The notes under the pieces: model-generated
Seen by the model: only the letters and a program-made list of their open reading frames with translations
What the model was told of the DNA's origin: nothing
Databases searched by the model: none
In this document: piece after piece, positions 34,310 through 45,217 of the stretch
How the letters are laid out: each line of letters begins with the position of its first letter
Position numbering within the stretch: position 1 is the first letter of the stretch
Translations under genes and position numbers: made by a program
Assembly (NCBI GenBank): GCA_963837175.1
Contig: CAWIMJ010000050.1
Location: 128,001-192,000 of the forward strand
Source of the DNA: an uncultured Nitrososphaeraceae archaeon
GTDB taxonomy: Archaea; Thermoproteota; Nitrososphaeria; Nitrososphaerales; Nitrososphaeraceae
Length of the DNA stretch: 64,000 bases
Direction: 5' to 3'

Positions 34310-34831
34310 ACAATTTGCAGAATTCTACAGGAATATATTACATCCTATACAGGGTAAAGACATAACACTCTATTATTCCTCTTTCCAGGTTAACCAATCT
34401 ATCTATCTTTCGAGTAATGGAGAGGTATTATACTTTAAGCACTATCGGAGAAAAAATATTATTGCCACTACTATTATGTGAATGAAATTTTTCTTAATGA
34501 CAGTCTATATAAAGTTAATTGATTTTTAAATGACCAAAAGCCACAGCATTAAGCTTTAAAATTGAGTTAGAAATAAAGTCATAATACATGCTATTGCTGT
34601 AATTTATAATTTTATTATCTGAACAAAAAACAATAATTCAGAACTCCAACTCGGAGGTTATCAAATAATAATCAAAGGCGTAATCGCTTGTTTAGTCAAA
34701 TGTGATGTGATAATAAATCTAGGCATTAACGTTAATGAAAGAAAAAGCGAGACAAATTTTATATGCAACTAGTGTAAGAAAGGAAACTGTACGGAACAGT
34801 ATTACTTGCTCCAGAATAGCAGATGAAACGA

Positions 34832-35038
34832 CTAAATCTTTGTTTCAGACAGTCCCACACTCTTGTACAACATTCTCACGCATTCAGAGTATGTTCTGTA
34901 TTTGAATTTGATTTCATCTACAGGGATATCTTTGATTAAATGATCCTTTAGTGTATCGATTTTATATTTTTTAGCAATATCGTCGAGAATTGCATTTACC
35001 GTCGAATTTCGATAGGATTCAACAATCAGCTTGCTCAT
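34832..35038 (-). CDS. Small hypothetical protein (68 aa)
   Basis: Clean ATG-started ORF with protein-like composition. Confidence 0.55.
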   Translation of the reverse strand: MSKLIVESYRNSTVNAILDDIAKKYKIDTLKDHLIKDIPVDEIKFKYRTYSECVRMLYKSVGLSETKI

Positions 35039-35619
35039 AACATAGAGTTAGACTACTTTAGTATTTATCAAATTGGTTAGACATCTATTGTATATTAGAT
35101 GTTAATCTTCTAATCCTATTTTATGCAGAAGTAGAGCCATTTACATTGGTATAACTTATTTTATTTATAAGCGAAATTTAGAAAAACGTTCTACAAGTGA
35201 CAGACAACATTACCTCTATAGTAACAGATTAAGACCAGAAGAGTTTTGTTAATTCATTTTTTTATAAAAGCACAAAGTCGTCTACCTCAATATCAGAGAT
35301 GGGTTCATTGAGCAATAGGCTTCAGTCGGTAAGTGTATAACAATTTTTTTCTTTTAGAAAATATATGTCTTGGTGTCTAGAAGGGAAAGAGATCTCCAAA
35401 GTTTTTAAATTATAGATTGACTGTAATCATCTATGAAAATATATATTGCATTATTGAATGAATAGAATATATATTTTGCAATTTAATTTAATTTACAATC
35501 TCTATTGACTAAGCCTTAGGTTTGATAGTTGTGATACCCTTTTTGAGTAACGAATGCGTCTTATCTGCTATCATAACAAAGACCAGAGCAAGCCAAGAGT
35601 TTTTTGATATTATTTTATT

Positions 35620-36646
35620 CTATTTCGAACTTAATGTCTTATTTTTATTACCAAATATTCCACTCCGTCTTTTTGATTCGGATTTTGGTAAAGCAAAAGA
35701 ATGAGGAATAATTGAAACTCTCTCTATCGTTGGAATTTTGGAACGAATTGCTATTTCTATTTCTATTGATAATAATTCTACATCATCTAATGGTTTGTTA
35801 CCGTCAACTTCCATATGTACCTCTGCTTGAGCGACCATTCCTGATGAACGCAAAAGCACTGATCTAACTCTAATGTGTTCATGTTTAAACCTTTCTTCGA
35901 CAAGTCTTTTAACAAGTTCTGTAATCTTCGGGTTCTGCCAAGCATCTACAAGAATTAATGATGATTGTTTGAGTGATATATAGGAGACAGAGAAGATATA
36001 TCCAGCTATTATCATGCCACCAATAGCATCCATTTGTAAAAAGCCAAATTGGCTCGCAATTAATATACTAAAAAAACCAATCACTGAAGCTGATCCATCT
36101 TTTATTGAATTCTTGGCGTCAGTTTTTAACGAGAGCAGATCATACTTGTTTGCAATAAGTCGCATTTGGAATGCCCTGTGTAAAGATATAGCAGGCAGCT
36201 GCTGCCAAAACCACCATTGTCAAAATAGGCTGATTTATCTCTCGTGGATGTACTAATGCATCATAAGAATGGTATAATATAATAAATCCAATGATAACCA
36301 TTCCAATTGCAGCCATCAACGCTGCAAAACTTTCAACCTTGCGGTAACCAAAATGAAATTTTTTGTCTGCAGGACGATGGGCAATACGAAGACCTAATAA
36401 TACAATAAATGAAATCATGGCATCTGATAGCGAGTCGGTGCCATCAGCAGTGGCCACAACACTGCCACTTAAATGTCCCATAATGAGCTCTACAATTCCA
36501 ATACCAATTAAAGTTACAACAGATATTTTGGCAATTTTTTGACCTGCTACAATTCCTTCATTTATAAGATTAGGAGAGGTTTCTTTTGGAGGCTCAGAAT
36601 CAGATCTATTCAGAGTGTTAGAATTTTTGCCGTCTATATCATCCAT
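35620..36646 (-). CDS. Cation diffusion facilitator (FieF-like), one +1 frameshift at ~36195
   Basis: ADGTDSLSD, PADKKFHFGYRKVE, DAKNSIKD and C-terminal dimerisation domain; deleting one base restores AAAAAISLHRAFQMR. Confidence 0.9.
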
Positions 36647-37342
36647 TTTTATAGCGTAATTGAGATTTATCAAGTATGATATTTAAACTCATTCAATTTT
36701 CATTTTAAATCAAATATAAACACAATAATGAGGACTTTTATATAATAATAATAAAGTATAAAAAATTCTTTTATTATTTTATAACTAGTTAATGATGAAA
36801 GATCACATATTTTATCTTCACCTCAGCAAATAATACTAGTTTTCGATTAACAATATAGAATATGAATAATGCTATGCAACGTGTAGTCTATTTTCGCTTC
36901 TCCTTTGTTTGTTCGGCAGACTCGTTATTATCTCATTATATATAAAATGAATCGATAATTGGCAGTGTGCTCCACATACGCAATTTCAAATGTTGCAAAA
37001 TCATATAATAATTAGATCTTACTATGTATATATGAATCAGACTTAATTTCGTAGAATGTAAACGAGCTAACTTTCAAATGTGGATTTAATGATGCAACTA
37101 ACAACAATAATTACCGAAGCATCAAACGGTAATAGCAGTTGAGATCAAAAACTTGCCGCTTTTATCATTGTTTGTTAGTATTAATATTTTTATAATGATT
37201 ATATATGACCTATCTAGAAGAGTTATTAAAATGTGAATTTGCAATTCACGATGAATCGATATGCGTATGTAAGAACGTATGTGTGTTGACAGGATATAGT
37301 GTAAATTTATCATTTAGTTTTCAAGTCTTACAATTCTCCATT

Positions 37343-37744
37343 TTATTTTTCAGATGCAGCTTTCCTTAGTAGTAAAATTGTAATTTTATTTACTATGCTT
37401 TCAACACTAAGTGGCTTTTTTGCAAATTCGTCAGCACCGTAATCTAAAACTCTGGTTTTATCATTTTCATCTTCTGCAACTACACATATCTTGAGATTAG
37501 AATTGATCTTTTTAATTTTGACAATAAGCATCAAGGCCCTATCGGCGGCTATTTTGCCATTAATGCATATAGCGTCTACTTTACCTTCTAATGCATTCAA
37601 CCTATTTAGGCATTCTTCAGCAGTAAAAGCTTTGTATACGTCAAAACCATTTAATCGAAGTGTAGCGCTAAGAACTGAATTAACATCTTGATCGTCATCA
37701 ACGATTATTACCTTATGGTTATTTTGTTTTGATAATATTTTCAT
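37343..37744 (-). CDS. Receiver-domain protein, apparently aspartate-less
   Basis: IVDDD and GADEFAKKP motifs; the phospho-acceptor position reads N (DAICING). Confidence 0.85.
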   Translation of the reverse strand: MKILSKQNNHKVIIVDDDQDVNSVLSATLRLNGFDVYKAFTAEECLNRLNALEGKVDAICINGKIAADRALMLIVKIKKINSNLKICVVAEDENDKTRVLDYGADEFAKKPLSVESIVNKITILLLRKAASEK

Positions 37745-38195
37745 TGTTATTGCTATTTTAACTGTTCATTGGGTCAGTTTATATGTTCTTACAATAGTCA
37801 GCTTTTTGCTACCTTTAAGAGAATAATCTAGACCTTATAAAGTACAGCTGATGAATATTTGCGCAGTTATTTATAAAATAATACTAAATTTTGTTCTCTT
37901 TATTCTACAGAATACTTCTACACAGACATTGTGAAAGCTTTTGTAATAACTGTTAAAAAAATTCTTTTACGGCAGAGCATTATTTTTTTAGGGAGAGAGA
38001 CAAATATGCATGACAAATATCTTAATATTAATCAGCTCTAAAAATAGAGAAAATGAATAACCAGTAATTGATCTCCACTATTTGAAGCATCATTGGTGAT
38101 AAATAAACGCCTACTATATTTAATCACACATGATTAACAAAACAAACCCTACCTAAGAATGAAATATTAATAGTTCTTGTTGCACTTTATGCATT

Positions 38196-38579
38196 ATGGG
38201 TAAGATATCTACTACAGTTGTCTTAACAGCACTTGCAGTTGGACTCATTTCTCTATCTATCGAGTCTACAGCAATCTTTGCACAGACTAGCACCGCCATC
38301 TCGATAGTTTCAGGAGCTTCAGCCCCTAACAATCCAAAATTCTATGACCCAACGCCAGCTAATGTAGCAGTTGGTACCACAGTCACATGGACAAACAACG
38401 ATGCTACTTTACACACAGTGTATTCAGGAACAAACGGGGCACCAGATGCCGGCAAAGCATTTCAATCTACATATATGGCTAAAGGGCAAACCTTCGAACA
38501 TAAATTTGATACTGCGGGAACTTTTGACTACTTTTGCACTTTGCATCCCTTCATGCTAGGAAAGGTAGTAGTAAGTTAG
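38196..38579 (+). CDS. Secreted plastocyanin-like blue copper protein (cupredoxin)
   Basis: Signal peptide, VTWTNND..HTV and YFCTLHPFM.G type-1 Cu ligands. Confidence 0.93.
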   Translation: MGKISTTVVLTALAVGLISLSIESTAIFAQTSTAISIVSGASAPNNPKFYDPTPANVAVGTTVTWTNNDATLHTVYSGTNGAPDAGKAFQSTYMAKGQTFEHKFDTAGTFDYFCTLHPFMLGKVVVS

Positions 38580-38605
38580 ATGTAAACGCACATCATTTTT
38601 AGACA

Positions 38606-38622
38606 CTTTTTTTCCTTTTTTT
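38606..38622 (+). terminator. T-rich archaeal terminator-like tract
   Basis: CTTTTTTTCCTTTTTT tract about 25 nt after the cupredoxin stop. Confidence 0.45.
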
Positions 38623-39335
38623 ATGATCAGTATTGTAACAATTTTAAGGCTCATATTTTCAATGGGATAATTAAGAAGGTTAAAAGATATCGATTGAATT
38701 ATCTAGCAGCTTTATAGCATCTATTATCAAATTTTTGATCTTGAATTATCTTCATACATATATACGGAAGTAAGATGTTCGCACTTTTACCCTGATGCAG
38801 ATGGAAGCGTTATTAGTCCGTGTAATGTCATAAGAGTAATAGATATTAATTGTGCTTTCGAGACGATCATCAATTATGACAAGAGGTGTGAGTCGAAGAA
38901 GTTATATTTTTTAAGGCATTATGAGATTATGTCTAGATTTAACTAAAAATCCCCTTAATTTGTCTAACTCCAGTGAAGTAGTTGATAATGATCATTCTTT
39001 TCTTCAATGTATAAATAAACTAAACAATTCAAAACAATTACTCTAGGGATTTCAGATATCAAGAGCTGAAGATCTTAATGATGAATGTCAAACAGAATAA
39101 CTTGTATAGACATGGCCATTTCAAAATGTAATAGGATTTCATATTCCAACACAAAAAATGCAAACTTAATTAAATCACCAAAATAATAAGAATCAAATTA
39201 GTTCAGTATCGGTATTTCAAGCAAGAAGTATTACTATCATTAATCTTCTTTTTGATAGTTGTTATTATTGACTAATTAAACAAAAAAATAATAAAAAATA
39301 ATAAAGCCTCTACGACATTCTTACTGTTATCCGAG

Positions 39336-39656
39336 TTATTTTGTTGGTGTTGTCATATTCGGGTCAGTAGTAGTTTGTTCTTTTTGCAAATCTGCCAATC
39401 CCGTAGAATTATCATTCACAGCAGAAGAATTTGTGAGGTATTCAGAATTGCCTTTAGTGAGATTTTCAATGCTACCAGCAGTTTCAGTGCCAGATTGATT
39501 GCCTGTTGGATTCTGGGCTGCTCCAGTGGTATTTCCACCAGTGGCATTAGACGTTGTATTCGATTGTGCTAGTACTGATCCAAGTGATCCTATTGCTACT
39601 AGAGTGATTCCTAAAGCCATAGCTAAAGTAACGGCTATAAACAAGTGTTTCATCAT
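39336..39656 (-). CDS. Secreted low-complexity Asn/Thr/Ser-rich protein
   Basis: Signal peptide followed by numerous N-x-S/T sequons. Confidence 0.7.
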   Translation of the reverse strand: MMKHLFIAVTLAMALGITLVAIGSLGSVLAQSNTTSNATGGNTTGAAQNPTGNQSGTETAGSIENLTKGNSEYLTNSSAVNDNSTGLADLQKEQTTTDPNMTTPTK

Positions 39657-40185
39657 GAATCAGATGTGCTACAATTGACTTAACCCTTTCTGCTTTAAAA
39701 TATGAAGTTTGAATATCCATTCTTGATAAAAAAGAATAATTGACTAAAATGCTAAACTTCTGTAAATTGAGCTTCTAATGTTTGTCCGTCTCAAAAAGCA
39801 CAGGATATAAACACGTTAATATAAGAAAATAAAATAGAGTAAGAGATTAAATCATCACACGGACCTTTTATATATTGACTATCTTCTTAAAATCAGCCTA
39901 AATCCGTAAATACCATATTCTTTAAGTTGAAATATCTTTGATTTCGTTTCAATTATCAGTTTTCAGTGTTGGCAGTGTTGGTTATAAGAGGTGTTCAACA
40001 TCCTTTTAATAAATTTTAAGTGATATTTCAGTTGGACGAATTTCAGTTTTTTCTTCCATAAGTTAATCAGTGTCTTATTATGGCTATTCCTTTACAATAT
40101 CTATCTACAACTTATTATTTGGAAAACCTCGTCTCTTACTGGTTATAGGTGTAACTTTTTTTAATCTTTGTGTACTGTAAACTTT

Positions 40186-40437
40186 ATGGCAAAATCACCA
40201 ACAAAGGATCAAACAACAAAGCTAGAAAACTCTACCTTTAATATCCTAATAGCTCTTGGAAAAGAAGCTCAGTTTATGTATTCAACTATTGATACCTACA
40301 TAAGTGATGCTCAGAAAGACAACAATTCAGAATTGGAAAATACGTGGAATACTATAAAAGAAGATAGAAAAAGACATATGGATATGCTAAGAAAAGCTTT
40401 AGAAAAAGAAGCAAAAGAAGAAAAATTAAGTCAGTAA
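40186..40437 (+). CDS. Small helical protein, half-ferritin-like
   Basis: Two predicted helices, LGKEA...Y..DA and IKEDRKRHMDML; ATG 40186. Confidence 0.6.
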   Translation: MAKSPTKDQTTKLENSTFNILIALGKEAQFMYSTIDTYISDAQKDNNSELENTWNTIKEDRKRHMDMLRKALEKEAKEEKLSQ

Positions 40438-40743
40438 TGATATAGATACATTAATAAACTAATTGTATGTGGTGTTATTATTACTACAGAATACTTCTTA
40501 TTCTTTGAAATTATTTGTTAAGAATGCAGCTGGACTTAAGGATTATTGTTTTCATTAACAAAGTTACTAGAATAATGAAAATCATGGATGACAGAATATA
40601 TTTTGCACTTACAGACAAATAGAGACATAATAATATTACAATCTAAAAAGAATATTAAACAAGTCTTATTTAAATGCCCCAATATTTGATTGTGGGTTCT
40701 AAGCGGGAAGAAGTCTTATATTATATAAATAGCTAGATTAATT

Positions 40744-41046
40744 GTGCTATTACCAAAACATTGCTCCGTTAGAATAAATGGCAAGGATTGTTATATGTCA
40801 TCCTCTTACATTGTTTCTATAACATCTCTAACGGAAGAATATATGATAGGAGTAGTGTGCAATGATCATAAAAATGGATTAGAAGAACGCCTTAAAGTTA
40901 TGCAATTGACAGGTAATGTTCCCACCGGGAATATAAAAATTCAACCCGTCAAAATTGTATCAACTGATTGTATAAGGGGAACTGATGAAGATTTTTATGA
41001 AATATCTTCAAATCGAGATATTACCAATGTCAGGAAAGGTGTTTAA
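40744..41046 (+). CDS. Hypothetical protein with a putative metal site
   Basis: C...C...CNDH pattern; 100 aa. Confidence 0.65.
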   Translation: MLLPKHCSVRINGKDCYMSSSYIVSITSLTEEYMIGVVCNDHKNGLEERLKVMQLTGNVPTGNIKIQPVKIVSTDCIRGTDEDFYEISSNRDITNVRKGV

Positions 41047-41190
41047 ATTTAAATTAATTCCATAAAAACGATAACAATTATTGAGACACCTAAATGGAGA
41101 ATATTCAACATTTATCAAATAAAAATTAAATTACAAAAGTTAAATTGAAAGTGTCTAATCTTAGTTTTATATTAAAAATAGTTGGGAATC

Positions 41191-42252
41191 TTAATGTAAG
41201 ACATCGTTATCTTGCAGTTTTTTTATATATGGATTTACGAGGTACAATGGTTCTATACCGTTTAATACATTGAGCAAATTTTCAGCTGCTACTTTAGCCA
41301 TTTTAGAGCGGACTTGATACGTCGCACTACCAATGTGTGGTAGAATTATTGCATTCTTCATCATCAATAAGGGACTAGAAATGGATATTGGTTCTTTTTC
41401 ATAGACATCAAGAGCTACCCCTGCGATCCATTTATTTCTTAACGCTTTTATTAGATCCCTTTCATCGATTATTTGACCGCGTGAAGTATTAATTAAGAAT
41501 GCTGTTTTTTTCATTTTTCTCAAATTTGCTTCGTTAAAAAAATGAAAATTATCTTTGTTAAGAGTTGCATGTATTGATAAAAAATCGCTATCTTTTAGAA
41601 GTGTATTAATATCAACATAGTTGACAATAGGATTATTTAATTGATTAGTTATACGATTTCGGTTATGATATAATATTTTCATATTAAACCCCGTAGCTCT
41701 CCTCGCCACCGCGGCACCTATACTGCCTAATCCAAATATTCCTAATGTCATTCCGTTGACATCTGATCCTAAAAATAAGTTGGGCATCCATCCAAATCTC
41801 CATTGTTTTTTTCTAACAAATTTATCTGCTTCGACAACTCTACGTGCTATAGAAAGAATAAGGGCAAATGTTAGATCAGCTGTGGCCTCAGCAAGGATAT
41901 CTGATGTAAACGTAACATATATCCCTCTTCTATTTGCCTCTTCTATATCTATATGATCATAGCCTGTACTATAAGAGCTGATTACTTTAAGATTAGACCC
42001 TGCAGCATCCATAATTTCGCCATCTATTGTATCTGATAGCGTACACAGAATAGCATCCATATTGCGTATATTACTAAGGATCTCTTTTTTTGTAGGTGGA
42101 CTTGGCTTTTTATTCACCACTACATCACATTCTTTTGATAAGATTGAAATTGCTGGCTCCGGGATTGTTCTTGTAAGATAGACTTTTTTTTTCATAGATC
42201 CGTGCTTATACTTCATGTTGATAATCGATTTATATACTGTATAGCCATTCAC
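41191..42252 (-). CDS. D-isomer-specific 2-hydroxyacid dehydrogenase (glyoxylate reductase-like)
   Basis: STGYDHID, GIFGLGSIG, INTSRG, LDVYEKEP and PHIGSAT; likely start ATG 42195. Confidence 0.93.
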   Translation of the reverse strand: MNGYTVYKSIINMKYKHGSMKKKVYLTRTIPEPAISILSKECDVVVNKKPSPPTKKEILSNIRNMDAILCTLSDTIDGEIMDAAGSNLKVISSYSTGYDHIDIEEANRRGIYVTFTSDILAEATADLTFALILSIARRVVEADKFVRKKQWRFGWMPNLFLGSDVNGMTLGIFGLGSIGAAVARRATGFNMKILYHNRNRITNQLNNPIVNYVDINTLLKDSDFLSIHATLNKDNFHFFNEANLRKMKKTAFLINTSRGQIIDERDLIKALRNKWIAGVALDVYEKEPISISSPLLMMKNAIILPHIGSATYQVRSKMAKVAAENLLNVLNGIEPLYLVNPYIKKLQDNDVLH

Positions 42253-42489
42253 AATCGTTTTTTTGATAGTCTATGCTTTTTTGCATTATTCAGAAAAATC
42301 GTGGTTGCTAGATGGTTTCAGGATCAACTATGAATAGCTCAGACGTATATCTCTCATTTGGTTCAAGTTTTCCGAACTTAATTTACTAACATCAGATTCG
42401 TGCAACAAAGCAATAGTCTACGATCATAGACCATTTTAACATTTGATTTTTGCAACTACATCTATAATGCCGTTAAATTAATTACAGGC

Positions 42490-43206
42490 ATGTGTCCAAG
42501 CAAGGAACTCCCAATAGGCGTAAAAGAAACCGAAAGGGTGTCTTCAGAAAATAATGAATATTCAACATCCGATCAACTTTTTAATAATATCGTAGGATAT
42601 AATGACGTTAAAAAATTATTTAGATTGTCATTATCTTCTGAAAGGCCGGTGCATATTTTGCTAGTTGGCCCGCCTGCGTCTGCTAAGACTCTTTTTATGT
42701 TAGACTGCATTAAGCTAGAAAGATCATTTTTTACTCTAGGTAGCCACAGTACAAAGTCAGGAATGATCGATTATCTTTTCAAACAACGTCCTAGATACCT
42801 ACTTGTAGACGAGATAGAACATATGCCAATGAAAGATCAAACAGCTCTTTTGAGTTTGATGGAAACAGGAATTATAGCTGAAACAAAATATCAAAAGACT
42901 CGCAATACACAAATGAAAACATGGGTCTTTGCAACTAGCAATGGGACAGAACGTATGTTAACTCCATTGCTTTCTAGATTTATAGTACTACATTTTAAGC
43001 AATATAAGTATGAGAACTTCCGTGAAATCGCAGTTCATATACTTGCTCAAGAAGGAATATCATCTGAAATTGCCACTGCGTCTGCTGATGCGGTATGGCT
43101 AAAGATGAGATCCAAAGATATAAGAGATTGTATAAAAATCGGTCGTCTTGCAAAGATGAAGGAGGATGTTGATTGGATTGCAGGAACCTTGAAAAGCTAC
43201 AGATAG
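42490..43206 (+). CDS. Standalone AAA+ ATPase
   Basis: Walker A GPPASAKT, Walker B LLVDE, ALLSLMETG, sensor ATSN and Arg finger PLLSRF. Confidence 0.88.
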   Translation: MCPSKELPIGVKETERVSSENNEYSTSDQLFNNIVGYNDVKKLFRLSLSSERPVHILLVGPPASAKTLFMLDCIKLERSFFTLGSHSTKSGMIDYLFKQRPRYLLVDEIEHMPMKDQTALLSLMETGIIAETKYQKTRNTQMKTWVFATSNGTERMLTPLLSRFIVLHFKQYKYENFREIAVHILAQEGISSEIATASADAVWLKMRSKDIRDCIKIGRLAKMKEDVDWIAGTLKSYR

Positions 43207-43888
43207 CAAATGGCTATGTTTTTAATTAATTTAAGACAAATTGCTTCAGTATTAATACGCCACCTATATCAGTACATTTTTTACTTGTTCATGGTTATTT
43301 GAATAAAAATAATATACATCATATGCTTTCGAACCACCGATGTATAGCCTAAGCAGAATATTATATTTTAATTAATACTACAACCTCTTGCGTTCTAATG
43401 ATTAGTCTGTTATTATCAAAAATTGCTAAACTTTTCGGGGCGTTTATCTTATCCTTGATATTGTTTCTGTTTTTCTTGCTCTTTTATTTTCATAATAGTC
43501 ATACGCACAATATGTACACAGATGATCCTCTAAAAATTTCCCAATTTTATTTTCATTAAGGTTCTTCAATGACTTTTGTTATTTTTCATTGTCCGCAGAA
43601 AGTAGCAACTTGAGTTCATTCGAAATTAATGGTAATCAATGGCATTTGCTAAGCATATCATAAAATGAGATGATCATAGATTTATCAAAGCAGTATCTCA
43701 TCTGCTATATCATGAAGCATTCTGTTGTAGAATGCTCCCATTGTTTTCATTGGGTTTGCCGCTTTTTATTCTTCATGATATATATATTTGCTGATGAATA
43801 TTTATAACTCGAATTGCCTTTAATGTGGTATTTCAATACTCTACTAACGCATTGTTTATTTTACTTGAAGATGTCTTCAGAATAGCTT

Positions 43889-44515
43889 ATGGACCCATTG
43901 GATAAAGCAATTCTTGCTTCATTATATGTAAGCACGTTAGAGCCTCAGATATCATCATTTGATAGAATCAAGCATAGATTACCAATAGGAAAGGAATTCT
44001 ACAGATTAAAAGTTCAGCAACTTTCAGAACGTGGCTTTATAGAAAAAAATGATGACTCTAGACTCAGTTTTATTGGAAGAGATGCTTTGAAGGTTGTTTT
44101 AGTTGGTGGCGTATTTGATTTGATTCATCCAGGACATATTCATACATTGAATGCGGCGAAAGCACAAGGCGATGTTCTTGTAGTAGTGGTTGCAAGGACA
44201 TCTACTGCTTTGAATATAAAGAAAGATCGAAGAATATATCATAATGAAGCATTACGAAAGGAGCTTGTATCATCTTTAAATTTAGTAGATCTTGCTGTCA
44301 TAGGAAAGGAGGGAACACTTTATGATACTGTAGAATATATCAAGCCTAATATTATTGCATTAGGTTATGACCAAGCCCATAGTGAAAAAGATATCTCGAA
44401 GAATTGTCAAGATAGAAATCTCAATATTAGAGTTATAAGATTAAATACACCACTTCCAGAAACAAAAAGCTCAAAAATCAAGGATGAACTAGGTGATTTT
44501 TTTTATAGAATTTAA
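43889..44515 (+). CDS. ribL: Cytidylyltransferase-family FAD synthase (RibL-like) with an N-terminal extension
   Basis: GGVFDLIHPGH, VVVAR, ALGYDQ and KSSKIK; convergent with riboflavin kinase. Confidence 0.75.
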   Translation: MDPLDKAILASLYVSTLEPQISSFDRIKHRLPIGKEFYRLKVQQLSERGFIEKNDDSRLSFIGRDALKVVLVGGVFDLIHPGHIHTLNAAKAQGDVLVVVVARTSTALNIKKDRRIYHNEALRKELVSSLNLVDLAVIGKEGTLYDTVEYIKPNIIALGYDQAHSEKDISKNCQDRNLNIRVIRLNTPLPETKSSKIKDELGDFFYRI

Positions 44516-45212
44516 GGTTTTTAGAATCATTGATGTATACTTTAAGGCTAATCGGGTCGCCATTTTGAACTCCAATCGATTGCTTAATAGAACATGGTGC
44601 AATAACTTCTAACATACTATCATCGTAATGCGTCCGTTCTAATAGCAGTACGGCAGCATTCATTAATGCATTATTATTAATAACGGCCAAATAACATTTA
44701 GCCCATCCATAGGTACGAGTATTGTCACTAAAACCTTCGATGAAAATGGAGGGAAATTTACTTAATTCTCGTTTTGCATTCCTAAATACTTGGTCTACAA
44801 GTTTCACATTCAATGTGCCTGGATAGGGGTTGTAACCGAGCTTATTTTTGAATTGTTTACGGTATCCATCCAACGACATATAGTATGCACCTTCGCCCAT
44901 TCCAGAAATAACTTTGCCTTCGAAAGCAAGGGTATCAGGAACAGATTCAACAGCAGACTTTATAATAGATAATAAACTCTCGATTTCAATACAACCTTTA
45001 TCTGTAATTCTAACCCGAAATTTTTGGCCATTTCTAAAACGTTCAACGTATCCTACATCTTCTAGCTCCAAAAGATGTTTGGAGACTGCTTGTTGTGATC
45101 TTTTTATTGCTTTAGCTAGATCAGTTGTAGTGACCTCTACAAAATTATGGCGGCCTCCTAACATTAAAATCTGTATTATAGTGAGTATGTGCTGTAACTT
45201 TAGATCTACCAT
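44478..45212 (-). CDS. ribK: CTP-dependent riboflavin kinase with N-terminal HTH (RbkR type)
   Basis: SQQAVSKHLLELE HTH; SGMGEGAYY, PYPGTLN, RTHY and LEVIAP. Confidence 0.93.
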   Translation of the reverse strand: MVDLKLQHILTIIQILMLGGRHNFVEVTTTDLAKAIKRSQQAVSKHLLELEDVGYVERFRNGQKFRVRITDKGCIEIESLLSIIKSAVESVPDTLAFEGKVISGMGEGAYYMSLDGYRKQFKNKLGYNPYPGTLNVKLVDQVFRNAKRELSKFPSIFIEGFSDNTRTYGWAKCYLAVINNNALMNAAVLLLERTHYDDSMLEVIAPCSIKQSIGVQNGDPISLKVYINDSKNLKFYKKNHLVHP

Positions 45213-45217
45213 TCTAA

